64,000 nucleotides of DNA from Staphylococcus phage vB_Sau_P68. The translations under genes and the position numbers were made by a program. The notes below the pieces were generated by a model. That model ran no database searches, had not been told where the DNA came from, and saw only the letters and a program-made list of their open reading frames with translations. Each line of letters starts with the position of its first letter. Position 1 is the first letter of the stretch. Positions 25,516 to 35,621 of the stretch are shown here, piece after piece. The stretch lies in the sequence record OL741057.1; one strand, written 5' to 3'.

Positions 25516-25812
25516 CTATCTCCTTTGGTCTATTTGAGCTATCGACTTAAGTAAGAATTTATAATTTCTTTTAAAGTTTTTTGCTTCTAACTTACCAAAT
25601 TTACTTCGAATACGTTTTTTAGCTTTGTAAGCTGTACCTCCTTCTAGTATCGGATTTAGTAAATCTACGCTTAACTCTAGTATTCTCTCCTCCGAAAGCT
25701 CATCATCTGAAATTAGTCTTACAAATGCATCAAATCTTTCTAAATCTGCCATTTCCATAATTAATCTCTCCTTCCTATATATTAATATACCATAAAACAA
25801 AAAGAGAGTCAA
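25516..25812 (-). CDS. hypothetical protein (98 aa)
   Basis: ORF track. Confidence 0.5.
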   Translation of the reverse strand: MTLFLFYGILIYRKERLIMEMADLERFDAFVRLISDDELSEERILELSVDLLNPILEGGTAYKAKKRIRSKFGKLEAKNFKRNYKFLLKSIAQIDQRR

Positions 25813-25905
25813 GAATTAACTTGACTCAATCACTGTTCCATAAGTAATAAATGATAGCAATAAAGATGACAACAATAAGTACTGTCATTTTTAGTCACCT
25901 CCCTA

Positions 25906-26313
25906 TTACTTTTCGTTTGGTACTACCTCAAACCTATACTTATGAATTGGATTATTTTCCCCATCCTCAGTATATACCCTAATAAGCTTGAAATTTACCC
26001 CTTCTTTAAATCTACTTGTTTTGTAGTACCTCATATCTATGCTGTTATCTCCTGTTCTACCTGGGAGGTAAGTAGGTAATGTTTCCATAAAATAAGCCTT
26101 ATTATTCTTAACCTCTTTCAATGTATAGTCACCGACAAATTCTACGTTCTTTTCTTCTTTAATCTCCCCTGTGTTTGATAACTCAGTAGAGACTTGGTTT
26201 TTTGCTTTGTCGTGATACATGAAAGACGATATATAATAAGATGAGATAGAAAAAGCTAAAACAATAACCACCAGTATATAAAATACACTTGCTTTTTTTG
26301 ACATAATTAACAC
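25906..26313 (-). CDS. membrane-anchored or secreted protein (N-terminal TM helix)
   Basis: ORF track. Confidence 0.5.
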   Translation of the reverse strand: MLIMSKKASVFYILVVIVLAFSISSYYISSFMYHDKAKNQVSTELSNTGEIKEEKNVEFVGDYTLKEVKNNKAYFMETLPTYLPGRTGDNSIDMRYYKTSRFKEGVNFKLIRVYTEDGENNPIHKYRFEVVPNEK

Positions 26314-26364
26314 CTCTACAAAAATGTCTCCTCTTACAGTTCTAATATAAGAGGAGACTAGTTA

Positions 26365-27069
26365 CTATTCTATAATTTTAACACATTTATTTAAAAGCGG
26401 ACAATAAATCATTCTATCATTTCCGACTAACTCTCGTAATTTGCTATAATACTTAATTAAATCATCGGAATCCGTTAGTTCATGGTAAAAATCAAGGACT
26501 TCATTAATACGACTTTCAAAAAACTTATTATCAACAATCTCTAAATAAGAAATTTCTTCCCCTGTTACTAATCTTAAGTCTTCTAATTCAGCATCATATA
26601 CATTCTTGTCTTCTTTAATATCTTCAAGTAACTCATGTTGTTGATATTCTATACTTGTATTATTAATACGGACTAAAGGTTTTAAAACATGAGAAGTTTC
26701 ATAAAGATTTCTAGGCATTTGACCTCTTAAATGGTCAAACTCTTCTGATTCTGATAATAATCCTGTACTAACACCAATGTATTGTCCTGGTTGTACTTCT
26801 TTAGAACGATAACCTTTTGGTATTGTACAGATATAAAGCTTATTAGCCTCATATAGTGGTTTCGATGCAGGAAAATTGTCTACAACATCTTTTAATCCTT
26901 GAGCATCTAATAAGTTTTCTTTTAACTCATCTAAAGTATATAGTTTTTCTTCTTCTACTTCAGGTTCTTCAGAAGGAGCCACTTCTTCAGTGAACTCCTC
27001 TTCAGATACCCATTTCTCTTTATTACGCATGTCATTTAACTGCTCTTGAAATGATTTTTTATTTCTCAT
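26365..27069 (-). CDS. hypothetical protein (234 aa)
   Basis: ORF track. Confidence 0.55.
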   Translation of the reverse strand: MRNKKSFQEQLNDMRNKEKWVSEEEFTEEVAPSEEPEVEEEKLYTLDELKENLLDAQGLKDVVDNFPASKPLYEANKLYICTIPKGYRSKEVQPGQYIGVSTGLLSESEEFDHLRGQMPRNLYETSHVLKPLVRINNTSIEYQQHELLEDIKEDKNVYDAELEDLRLVTGEEISYLEIVDNKFFESRINEVLDFYHELTDSDDLIKYYSKLRELVGNDRMIYCPLLNKCVKIIE

Positions 27070-27085
27070 ATTATAACCTCTTTAC

Positions 27086-27529
27086 TTACTCAACGACAAT
27101 ATTATCTTCTTCTAATGCTTTGTCCTTAAGTTCAGATTTTCTTTCTACATGGTATAAATCTAAGATGTAATATAAACCATTCTTATGAAGATTATACTTA
27201 CTATAAATGTCCTGTAAATTCATATACTGGTAATCCTTAATAATCTCTTTAACTAAGTCTTTATCCTTTAAGATATGTGCAATTTTTTCTTCTACAGGTG
27301 ATTTCTTGTTACGTTTACCTACTTTATAGTAGTTTAATACTGTGTAAATTAATCCCATACTTACTTTAGCTTCTTTTGCAATGTAATCTAAAGGTTTACC
27401 CTCATTATAACTTGTTACAATGAATTCTTCCTTAGGTGTGTTAAACTCTCTTGATGTTTCTAGTGGTGTGTACTTGCTTTCCTCTTTAGTTAATAATGCT
27501 TTCTCTTCTTGATTTAATGAAATAAACAT
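27086..27529 (-). CDS. hypothetical protein with a possible helix-turn-helix segment
   Basis: GKPLDYIAKEAKVSMGLIYTVL resembles an HTH; weak. Confidence 0.5.
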   Translation of the reverse strand: MFISLNQEEKALLTKEESKYTPLETSREFNTPKEEFIVTSYNEGKPLDYIAKEAKVSMGLIYTVLNYYKVGKRNKKSPVEEKIAHILKDKDLVKEIIKDYQYMNLQDIYSKYNLHKNGLYYILDLYHVERKSELKDKALEEDNIVVE

Positions 27530-27593
27530 AATTGTTAGCTCCTTTATTTTTAGTATACATATACTATATCATATACTTTAAGAACTGTCAACC

Positions 27594-28052
27594 TTAATCT
27601 TTAATTTTATTTAATTTATTTTCATCAAAGAGCATTGTTTCTCCTGTAAGTGCATAGAAATAATTACCATTGTTATCTGTAAGTATTTCTTTAATCATAG
27701 CAACATCTTTTTCTTGGTCTTCTCTTGTATATTCTACAATAGTATCTTTAGGATACTTAACCTTAGTTGTTTCTGAGTATTCTTCATCTAGGTAAACATC
27801 AAATGTTATAAGAGAGTTAACAGATACATTATATAGAACCCAATGCCTTTTATAGTAGAATGACTCTTTATCCAGGTCTCTAGATACTTCAGTAAACTTG
27901 TGTTTCCCTGGGCTCATTCTAACAAGGATATCCCCTTGGTTGTCTTGCTTAACTCTCAGTACTCTTCCGTCTTTTAAATATGTCATAATCTCTACTATAT
28001 CATCAATTGGCTTAGCATCTTGTATTGGATTTAAACTAATCTCATCTGCCAT
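27594..28052 (-). CDS. hypothetical protein (152 aa)
   Basis: ORF track. Confidence 0.55.
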   Translation of the reverse strand: MADEISLNPIQDAKPIDDIVEIMTYLKDGRVLRVKQDNQGDILVRMSPGKHKFTEVSRDLDKESFYYKRHWVLYNVSVNSLITFDVYLDEEYSETTKVKYPKDTIVEYTREDQEKDVAMIKEILTDNNGNYFYALTGETMLFDENKLNKIKD

Positions 28053-28069
28053 TACTCTAACCTCACTAT

Positions 28070-28825
28070 CTAAATTGTATAGCCTACTCTATCAAGAGCT
28101 TCTTTTAATTTTCTACTTTCCTCATCTAAATCTAGGTTTTTGTAGAATTCATTTTGTAGTTCTTCTAATCGTTGTAATACCTCTTCATGTTTTTCTTCAG
28201 GTATAAATTCTAATAATACTTCACTCATAGCTGTATCTTGAGCTGTTTGTTTTAATTGTAACTCTCTAAGTCCAATAAATGACATACCTTTTAATTGGTT
28301 TCCGGTAATCTTATCTTTTGTTTCCATTGCACGTATCATTAAAGCAGGGTCTAAAGTTTCCACAAATTCTAATCCTTTTGCACCTTTAGAAATAATCATA
28401 TCTAGTACTTGAATATCATCATAAATTGTTTGTGTATGATGTTTTGATTGCTCAAATGGAGAAAGTTGCTCTTCTTCTAATATAGGAGTTTCTTTTTCCT
28501 TAATATCTTTTACACTTGTTTTCTTACGTTTATCTATTAATTCTCCTAAATCCCAACCATTTTCAATAGCTTCTTTTCGTTTACTCTTATATCTTGTAAT
28601 AGCTGATTTAGACAATTCTAAGTCATACTCTTTACATAGTTCTATAATATCATCATAACTCATATCCTCATCTAATGCATTATCTACCTTTGAGCGTAGT
28701 AATTTATTATGGTATAGTTTAGATAATATACTCTCTTTTTCTTTATCAGGAACAACTTTTATATCACTGTTTTTATTTCGTAAATTCTTTTTTCTAGCCA
28801 TTATATAGCTCTCCTTAACTATCAT
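28070..28825 (-). CDS. hypothetical Lys/Glu-rich protein (251 aa), possibly DNA-binding
   Basis: ORF track; RBS taaggagag; no sigma-A consensus promoter upstream. Confidence 0.55.
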   Translation of the reverse strand: MIVKESYIMARKKNLRNKNSDIKVVPDKEKESILSKLYHNKLLRSKVDNALDEDMSYDDIIELCKEYDLELSKSAITRYKSKRKEAIENGWDLGELIDKRKKTSVKDIKEKETPILEEEQLSPFEQSKHHTQTIYDDIQVLDMIISKGAKGLEFVETLDPALMIRAMETKDKITGNQLKGMSFIGLRELQLKQTAQDTAMSEVLLEFIPEEKHEEVLQRLEELQNEFYKNLDLDEESRKLKEALDRVGYTI

Positions 28826-29159
28826 TTATTTATGGTAACTGGTTTTCTGAAACCAGTATAGTGAACATAAACAAACCTTACCACATCAACTGTTTCAGGG
28901 TTACACTATATAATATATCATAATTTCTGTTATAATTTCATAATATATAAATGTAATATAATTTTATTAACTACTTTGTATAAAATTTTAATATATTTTT
29001 TAACTAATTACGAAGCCTTTACCTAAAAGATATTTTAACTTTTCATAAATATAATTTCACAGAAACTAGAGTAAGTAGAAAAAACCTAACTAGTTTCTGT
29101 ATTAAAAACATTATGAAAACTTCTTATATACCGTATATTTATACCTAATTACTACATAT

Positions 29160-30023
29160 TTATAATAAAATAGTTAATGTATCTTCACCTTTTAAGTTAA
29201 TTACTATCTCAGTTAATTTCTTAGTATCATTTTCAATTTTAACATGACTAGACTTAATGTCTTTAGTGTTAACTTTAACATATGATTGACCACAAGCAAT
29301 AGTAATAATATCTGTATCTTCTAAAAAGAATATACCTGTCTCATGTGTATTATATAAATTGAAGTAATAGTCTTTACTTAATAGTTTAACACAAAATACA
29401 CTTTTACTTATTAAACTATTATTTCTGAAGAATGCTAATAACTTCTCTGTATCACCCTTAGATAACTTATCTTTCTTAGATAACATACCAAATAGTGTTT
29501 GACCATCATATAATTTTTCTGTAGTAAGAAGATATACAATATGAGTATAACCATTTAATGGTGATTCTTCTTCTAATTTATATAAACGTAATTTAATATC
29601 TTTAGCTATTGTAATATCTTGGTAAGTTACAGTAGGTTCTATGAATGTACTTACAATATCTACTTTCTTAGTAGAAGTTAAGTTAGTACCTCTAGCTAGT
29701 AAATCTGTCATTAATCCCGTCTCTTCTAGTTCTTTTTTAAGTTGTTCAGTTCTAACATATCCAAGACCTGAAGAACCTAATTGATTATTCATTCCTACTA
29801 CAGCTTGTTTCATTGATTCCACTACGTTTACTTTATTAACAAACTGAAGACCTTCATCTACATTACCTATATCTTCAATGTAGGATTGTACTGTAACACC
29901 TGAAGGGAAGTAATCACTATCATAAGATACCCCTAGTAATTCTACTTTACCGCTTGTTAGTGTCTTATATAAGGTCTTAATCGTTGTAGGTTTATCTACA
30001 TGTTCTGAAAATCCTTTTAACAT
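29160..30023 (-). CDS. hypothetical protein (287 aa)
   Basis: ORF track. Confidence 0.55.
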   Translation of the reverse strand: MLKGFSEHVDKPTTIKTLYKTLTSGKVELLGVSYDSDYFPSGVTVQSYIEDIGNVDEGLQFVNKVNVVESMKQAVVGMNNQLGSSGLGYVRTEQLKKELEETGLMTDLLARGTNLTSTKKVDIVSTFIEPTVTYQDITIAKDIKLRLYKLEEESPLNGYTHIVYLLTTEKLYDGQTLFGMLSKKDKLSKGDTEKLLAFFRNNSLISKSVFCVKLLSKDYYFNLYNTHETGIFFLEDTDIITIACGQSYVKVNTKDIKSSHVKIENDTKKLTEIVINLKGEDTLTILL

Positions 30024-30469
30024 TATTTATCTTTCCTTTCTGCTTTAACTCTATGTCTTGTCTTAAATATAAATATTAAGTGTTTACCTCTAAAAGTTCT
30101 TTGCTCTCTGATACTACACTTCCCGATAAGTTTCTTACCTCTATGAACATAATATACTCGGTCTGTATGAAATATAGATTCTGTTTTCTTACCTTTTTGT
30201 TTAAGAGATAGATAAGTTTCTTTAACATCAAGTGCTTCACTAATAAGATTTAATGCATATTTTTTCTGTAGTTTAACATCAGTATTAGTAACATTATCAA
30301 ACCTCTTAATAAAAAGAATTCTGTATTCAATAACAGATGTTGTATCTTTAGGTTCTGCAGGCTTTTTAGTTAAGAAACTATTATTAGCTCCTGTTAAAGT
30401 ATTTGTAGGGGCAAAGTTAACAGGTTGATGTTGTATCTCTTTACGTCTATTTGGTTTGTCTTTGCTCAT
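30023..30469 (-). CDS. hypothetical basic protein (148 aa)
   Basis: ORF track. Confidence 0.5.
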   Translation of the reverse strand: MSKDKPNRRKEIQHQPVNFAPTNTLTGANNSFLTKKPAEPKDTTSVIEYRILFIKRFDNVTNTDVKLQKKYALNLISEALDVKETYLSLKQKGKKTESIFHTDRVYYVHRGKKLIGKCSIREQRTFRGKHLIFIFKTRHRVKAERKDK

Positions 30470-31214
30470 TGATTACTCTTACCCCATTCTTCATAGTATT
30501 AAAGAAATCCTCTTCTATTACCTCCCACCTATTATTATAACCATAAATAACACCTCTTGTAAAGAGTTTATAGGTATTATCTACCCCTACATAGTGTATT
30601 ATCTGATTAATAATAGCAGGTTTCTTCATTCTTTTACTCTGTGTTGTTTGGGAGAAGTTACCTTCACCACCACTGTATCTACCACTAGCATTATAACTAT
30701 ACCCTGTTCTATACGTATGAGGGTCTCTAATCAGTCTAAGTATTGTCATAAGGTTAGTCTTCCATAATATATTCATTGTGTGGTAAGGGCTTCTGTGTGG
30801 TGATGGTGTAGCATCTTTATATTTACCTACAACAGGTTTACCTTTAAAACTGATATAGCTCATAATACCTACATGAGTATGTTTATATCTCTTTAGTATT
30901 TGTTCTACTTTAGGTACATGTTTATCATGACACATTACATATACATACTTACATACTAAGCTGTAATACTTTAGCTGATTGTTTAACCTTTGAGTAGAAT
31001 CTCTCTCAGTCTTTATTTCTATACCCATGACAGTACCATTACGGTCTAACACTAAGCAATCTGTCCTACACTTACCTTGACAGATTACTTTCTCATTAAA
31101 GATACGTATATCATTTATATCACTAGTTATTTCATCATCTTTAAACATGTGTTTTTTAGTTCTTATAAGGTCTTTAATATCTTTTTCATAGAACTTAACT
31201 ACATCGTTAGACAT
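30447..31214 (-). CDS. possible PD-(D/E)xK-fold nuclease
   Basis: DCLVLDRNGTVMGIEIKT has D...E-x-K spacing; weak. Confidence 0.4.
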   Translation of the reverse strand: MSNDVVKFYEKDIKDLIRTKKHMFKDDEITSDINDIRIFNEKVICQGKCRTDCLVLDRNGTVMGIEIKTERDSTQRLNNQLKYYSLVCKYVYVMCHDKHVPKVEQILKRYKHTHVGIMSYISFKGKPVVGKYKDATPSPHRSPYHTMNILWKTNLMTILRLIRDPHTYRTGYSYNASGRYSGGEGNFSQTTQSKRMKKPAIINQIIHYVGVDNTYKLFTRGVIYGYNNRWEVIEEDFFNTMKNGVRVINEQRQTK

Positions 31215-31743
31215 TTAATCTATCTCCTTTTACTCTCTTACAGTATTCTACAACACTTTCTAAAGGAGTGTAAGTTCTATTCCATTTAACATTTGTTAGA
31301 CCTATAAAAACACCTGTGTATTGACCATGAACTACTTTAGTCGGTTCTTTCTGTGAGTAAATAGTTCTATCCCTATCTCTCTCAAAGAACCCTTTACCAG
31401 TCTTACCTGTTATTGTATCCACCCCTAGAGGAATAATATTAGCCACAAATATAGGGTCATCTACGACCTTCTTAGGGTATTTACGTTGAGGCATCATACT
31501 CTTAATTAAATTACTAAGAGGTGTCCCTCCTGGTATTGTCCGTTGATAAGACTCTATTCTATATTTCTTCTGAGGATTTTCTTTGTCCTCTCTATCATGT
31601 ATGTCATATACAATAACATACTCTGATAGTTCTTCCTCTACATGCTCAATAAAGTAGTAAGGGGTATCATTGAAATAGTATACACCTTCACTAATTCTCA
31701 CTGCTAATGAACTTTCATCAAAAGCACTAAAATTAAAATCCAT
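31207..31743 (-). CDS. hypothetical protein (178 aa)
   Basis: ORF track. Confidence 0.55.
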   Translation of the reverse strand: MDFNFSAFDESSLAVRISEGVYYFNDTPYYFIEHVEEELSEYVIVYDIHDREDKENPQKKYRIESYQRTIPGGTPLSNLIKSMMPQRKYPKKVVDDPIFVANIIPLGVDTITGKTGKGFFERDRDRTIYSQKEPTKVVHGQYTGVFIGLTNVKWNRTYTPLESVVEYCKRVKGDRLNV

Positions 31744-31806
31744 TTTTAAGTCACCTCTATATTAATATACCATATATAGTAAAAAGAGTCAAGTAAAGAC
31801 TTGACT

Positions 31807-32118
31807 CTATAAGAAATCCTTTTCCATTTTTCTAATAGTAGGTACAATATCTTCTACATCTGTTAAATATTGTTTCACTGACATACTAGGTGTTTCTTTA
31901 TTAATTAAACTTACTGAGTATGGCTGACCTTCAGGATGGTCTATCATACCACCTGTCATTTCTTTCAAGAAACCATCATTGATGATATTAAATAAATACT
32001 TATCGTTACCTTTATCAAACTGTATCGTATAAATATTCCCTTTATCATCTTGAGATTCATGAATGTTCTGTACTGTATCATTTTTAATTAGTTGCTCATA
32101 AATATCATTGAACTTCAT
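31807..32118 (-). CDS. hypothetical protein (103 aa)
   Basis: ORF track. Confidence 0.5.
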   Translation of the reverse strand: MKFNDIYEQLIKNDTVQNIHESQDDKGNIYTIQFDKGNDKYLFNIINDGFLKEMTGGMIDHPEGQPYSVSLINKETPSMSVKQYLTDVEDIVPTIRKMEKDFL

Positions 32119-32473
32119 TATTATCCTCCTGTGTTTGGTACTGTCTAGCTTTTCTAGCTTGGAATATTGTAAGTATAAATGACCCTACAAGACCAATCAT
32201 AACATAAACTAACATATAAATAAAGCTTGTAATAATAACACCAAATCCTGATTGTGCAGAATACAAGGAATCTCTAAAAATAATACTCAGTATAATAACA
32301 ATTACTCCTACTAAGTAAGGTACTATCACATGATAGTACTCAAAGTTACTTAGTGGTGGTTGTCCTTGACTTACCATTTTCTTCTCTGTCGTCCATAAAT
32401 CAAACAATCTAAAAATTATATTAAATGTAGCAAAAGTAATAAATGCTACACTTATAATAAATATTGTATCCAT
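32105..32473 (-). CDS. membrane protein (122 aa; three or four TM helices)
   Basis: ORF track. Confidence 0.5.
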   Translation of the reverse strand: MDTIFIISVAFITFATFNIIFRLFDLWTTEKKMVSQGQPPLSNFEYYHVIVPYLVGVIVIILSIIFRDSLYSAQSGFGVIITSFIYMLVYVMIGLVGSFILTIFQARKARQYQTQEDNNEVQ

Positions 32474-32486
32474 TTGTTAATCATCC

Positions 32487-33737
32487 TTAATCTAAAAATA
32501 CTGTTTTAATATCAATATCTTTATTCTCTTTATTTACAAATAACAGTTGCTGAGATGGTTTAGTTTTTGATAGGTGTAATTCTTTAGCATAGTTATTATA
32601 GCCCATTGGTGATGAAGCTACAATATGCATTCTATTAAAGTCTTCTTGTTTTACTGAGAAATGGTGTACATGACCTGTAATTAGTAAATCAATATGGCTA
32701 TCTAAGATAAATTTGTTAATATGGTTACCTTTACCTTTTAAGCCGTCTCCATGGTTAATGATAATAGATTTACCTCCGAAGTTATCTCTAATCGTGTAAA
32801 TATCTTCACGATTATCAATAATATCTACACCGTTTAATAATCCCTGCTCTTGGAATAGTAGTAAAGAATCTAGTACTACATAAGCAATATTATCATTATA
32901 AATCTTCTGATTCTTATTACCTTGCATACGGTCATGATTACCGCCAATAATACCAAACCTTAATTCACCTGTAACTACATCAGAAAGTACATTTAGGATA
33001 TCAATAAGTAATCGAGTACCTTTAGAGATTTGTTCCGCTAAAGTAAACTCTGTTTCAAATGCTTGGTTAACATCTCTCATGTTGATATGTTCTACTAAGT
33101 CACCGACAAAGTAAACAGTTACATTAGAAATCTCTCTATCCTCAATCTCTTTAACTGTCGTATCAATAAAGTGGTTTAGTCTTGATTTAAGAACTTCAAA
33201 ATCATATTTACCATTAGTCATATCAGATACGATACTTCCAATGTGGAAGTCAGATAATAATACAATTAACTCTGTATCATTAATATTAGCTTTACTTCCG
33301 TGATGCTCTACTAATGTTTCTCCTTGTAATTCTTTAACCATATGCTCTTTAAGTTCATCAAACATAATTTGAGGATATGCGGTATGTCTATTGTGCTTAC
33401 GTTGTTCTCTCAGGTGAGATAACTCTTTTTCTTTAGCTACTACATAAGAAGATACTTCTTCATGGTAGTTATTACCTTCGAATACTTGATTGTCTGCAAC
33501 ATCTTTTAAGTCACCTAATGTTACTTTACCTTTAATTGCTTTGTTTTTAAGTTCATTTAGATATTCATCTTGTCTAATATCTTCTACAATTTCCTTAAGG
33601 TCATCTTTACCTATTCTATCTAAACCAAACTCTTTAGTAATTTTATTAAACTTGGATGTTACAATTTTACCCTCATCCTTAAATAATACTCCGATAATAA
33701 CTGCTTGTACTTCTTCTATTGTTTTATATTTACTCAT
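32487..33737 (-). CDS. calcineurin-like metallophosphoesterase with an N-terminal extension (416 aa)
   Basis: motifs LSDFHIG, GDLVEH, GGNHD, GHVHH. Confidence 0.7.
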   Translation of the reverse strand: MSKYKTIEEVQAVIIGVLFKDEGKIVTSKFNKITKEFGLDRIGKDDLKEIVEDIRQDEYLNELKNKAIKGKVTLGDLKDVADNQVFEGNNYHEEVSSYVVAKEKELSHLREQRKHNRHTAYPQIMFDELKEHMVKELQGETLVEHHGSKANINDTELIVLLSDFHIGSIVSDMTNGKYDFEVLKSRLNHFIDTTVKEIEDREISNVTVYFVGDLVEHINMRDVNQAFETEFTLAEQISKGTRLLIDILNVLSDVVTGELRFGIIGGNHDRMQGNKNQKIYNDNIAYVVLDSLLLFQEQGLLNGVDIIDNREDIYTIRDNFGGKSIIINHGDGLKGKGNHINKFILDSHIDLLITGHVHHFSVKQEDFNRMHIVASSPMGYNNYAKELHLSKTKPSQQLLFVNKENKDIDIKTVFLD

Positions 33738-34485
33738 AACTGCTCCCTTTCTCTTTTATAAACTTAGTTATTTGATTTCCTAAAATATTAATGTGACTAT
33801 TTACGAATGTATGGAATATGTTAGAGTCACAGTCATGCTCTACATTAAACATGTTAGCTATTGCCTTTGCATCCATACCTTTAACATAAAAAGTCAGTAT
33901 ATCATTATTAGAACGTGTCTGTGAGCCGATAATAACAATACCACTCTCCTTATTTGAAAGTAAACTGTAAGCTAGTGGTAGTTTATAGTCAGGTAAGACT
34001 TCATATAATAAATATACATTACCATTATTATAGCACTTTTCTCTTACTATGTCAACTTCTTTTTTATAAATTCTATTTAAATCTAATACATCTTCAAAAT
34101 CTTGAAAGTTATAGTACTTAGTTAAATCTTTTGAATCTCTTACTATAGATTCAGGTATGTCTTCATTACTTAATTCTACAATTTGTTGTAATAGTGAATA
34201 ATACTTTTTATCTTCCTCTACAGTAATAAATTGATTTGGTAATACCCCAACATCTGATACATATAGGATATCGTTATCTTCAATGTTCATCAGAATACTA
34301 GGGTCTTGAGTTACAGCATCTTTAAATATTTTATCATCATATATAAACCCTGCTAGTACAGTCGGTTCATCTTCTATATGCAGTAATCCTTCTCTAAAAG
34401 TATCTACTTGTATAATATTAAAAAATTCTTCGGTACCACTAATAGTATTTGATTGGACGTGGTTAACATTTACTATAACTTGCAT
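33730..34485 (-). CDS. hypothetical protein (251 aa); overlaps the phosphoesterase start by 8 nt
   Basis: ORF track. Confidence 0.55.
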   Translation of the reverse strand: MQVIVNVNHVQSNTISGTEEFFNIIQVDTFREGLLHIEDEPTVLAGFIYDDKIFKDAVTQDPSILMNIEDNDILYVSDVGVLPNQFITVEEDKKYYSLLQQIVELSNEDIPESIVRDSKDLTKYYNFQDFEDVLDLNRIYKKEVDIVREKCYNNGNVYLLYEVLPDYKLPLAYSLLSNKESGIVIIGSQTRSNNDILTFYVKGMDAKAIANMFNVEHDCDSNIFHTFVNSHINILGNQITKFIKEKGSSYE

Positions 34486-34488
34486 AGC

Positions 34489-34749
34489 TTAGTCACCTAC
34501 TCTTTCGTATAAGTAACCTTTAACGTCTCTTTCATCATCTTTAGAAGCATTTTCTTGTCCGTATTCTTTAACTCTGTAACCATAGATGTGTAGGTAATCT
34601 TGAATAACATTCATCATACCTTGAACATTTAGATTCTGAACAGAAACCGAATCAAACTTTACTACAATGTATTGCTCTTTGCTTTCCATTAATTTTTTTA
34701 CTTTTGTGTAATCATATGGATTTCTAAATAATATTGTTGGAATATCCAT
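34489..34749 (-). CDS. hypothetical protein (86 aa)
   Basis: ORF track. Confidence 0.5.
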   Translation of the reverse strand: MDIPTILFRNPYDYTKVKKLMESKEQYIVVKFDSVSVQNLNVQGMMNVIQDYLHIYGYRVKEYGQENASKDDERDVKGYLYERVGD

Positions 34750-34843
34750 TACTTTCCCTCCTTTTCTTAATTCTTATATAGTGTAACACAGGATAAGTAT
34801 ATTGTCAATAAAAAAAGACCAACTTTTTAGTTGGTCTCAATAA

Positions 34844-35071
34844 TTACGCTTCAGGCTCAGGTTCAGGTTCAGGTGTAGTTGTTGTGAATTCAGGAACATC
34901 TGCTTGGTCTGACTCACCTGAGTCATTAGCAAATGCAACTTTAAAAGTTCCCGCAGGGTAATTTGTCCCTGCTTCTAAACCTGTAATAGTTACTGTTGTA
35001 GCTCCATCTTCATTAGCTACTTGTGAGCCTACAACTTCACCATTCTGATATACTTTTAATGTTTTTTCCAT
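34844..35071 (-). CDS. FN3-like single-domain protein with a Pro/Glu repeat tail
   Basis: repeat LKVYQNGEVVGS...TITGLEAGTNYPAGTFKV, shared with the next ORF. Confidence 0.5.
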   Translation of the reverse strand: MEKTLKVYQNGEVVGSQVANEDGATTVTITGLEAGTNYPAGTFKVAFANDSGESDQADVPEFTTTTPEPEPEPEA

Positions 35072-35085
35072 TCTTTAGTGTCCTC

Positions 35086-35610
35086 CTATGCAGTAATATC
35101 TGCGCTATTTTCACCAGGGTCTACTGTTACATCTGTAGGTGCTTCAGGAATAGGTTCCTTAACTGTTACAGCACATTTAGCTGTTTTACTTCCGTCCGCT
35201 ATTGATTCAACAGTAATGTCAGCAGTACCTGTTGCGACAGCAGTCACTAATCCATCGTTATCAACCGTTGCGATAGCATCGTCACTGCTTGTGAAACGTA
35301 CAGCTTTATACGATGCGTTACTTGGTGCTACTGTAGCTTTTAATTGGTGAGTATCCCCAATTGTTAAGTCTAAACTTTCAACGTCTAGTGTTACCGAAGC
35401 AACACCAATAGCATCAGTCTTGAACTGAGGTACATCTACCTTTTCTGATTCTCCTGATGTGTTAGAAAAAGAGACCTGGTATGTTCCTGCAGGGTAGTCT
35501 GTATTAGCCTCTAATCCTTCAATAGTAATAGTTGATTTTCCTTCTGTTTTTTCTACGCTGTCTACTAACTCATTACCTTTGTATAAATTTAACTTAGCCA
35601 AATTTACCAT
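35086..35610 (-). CDS. Ig-like protein (FN3-like repeat + bacterial Ig-like Big_2-type domain)
   Basis: TAVATGTADITV...KCAVTV is typical of Big_2. Confidence 0.6.
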   Translation of the reverse strand: MVNLAKLNLYKGNELVDSVEKTEGKSTITIEGLEANTDYPAGTYQVSFSNTSGESEKVDVPQFKTDAIGVASVTLDVESLDLTIGDTHQLKATVAPSNASYKAVRFTSSDDAIATVDNDGLVTAVATGTADITVESIADGSKTAKCAVTVKEPIPEAPTDVTVDPGENSADITA

Positions 35611-35621
35611 CCTTTACTATA

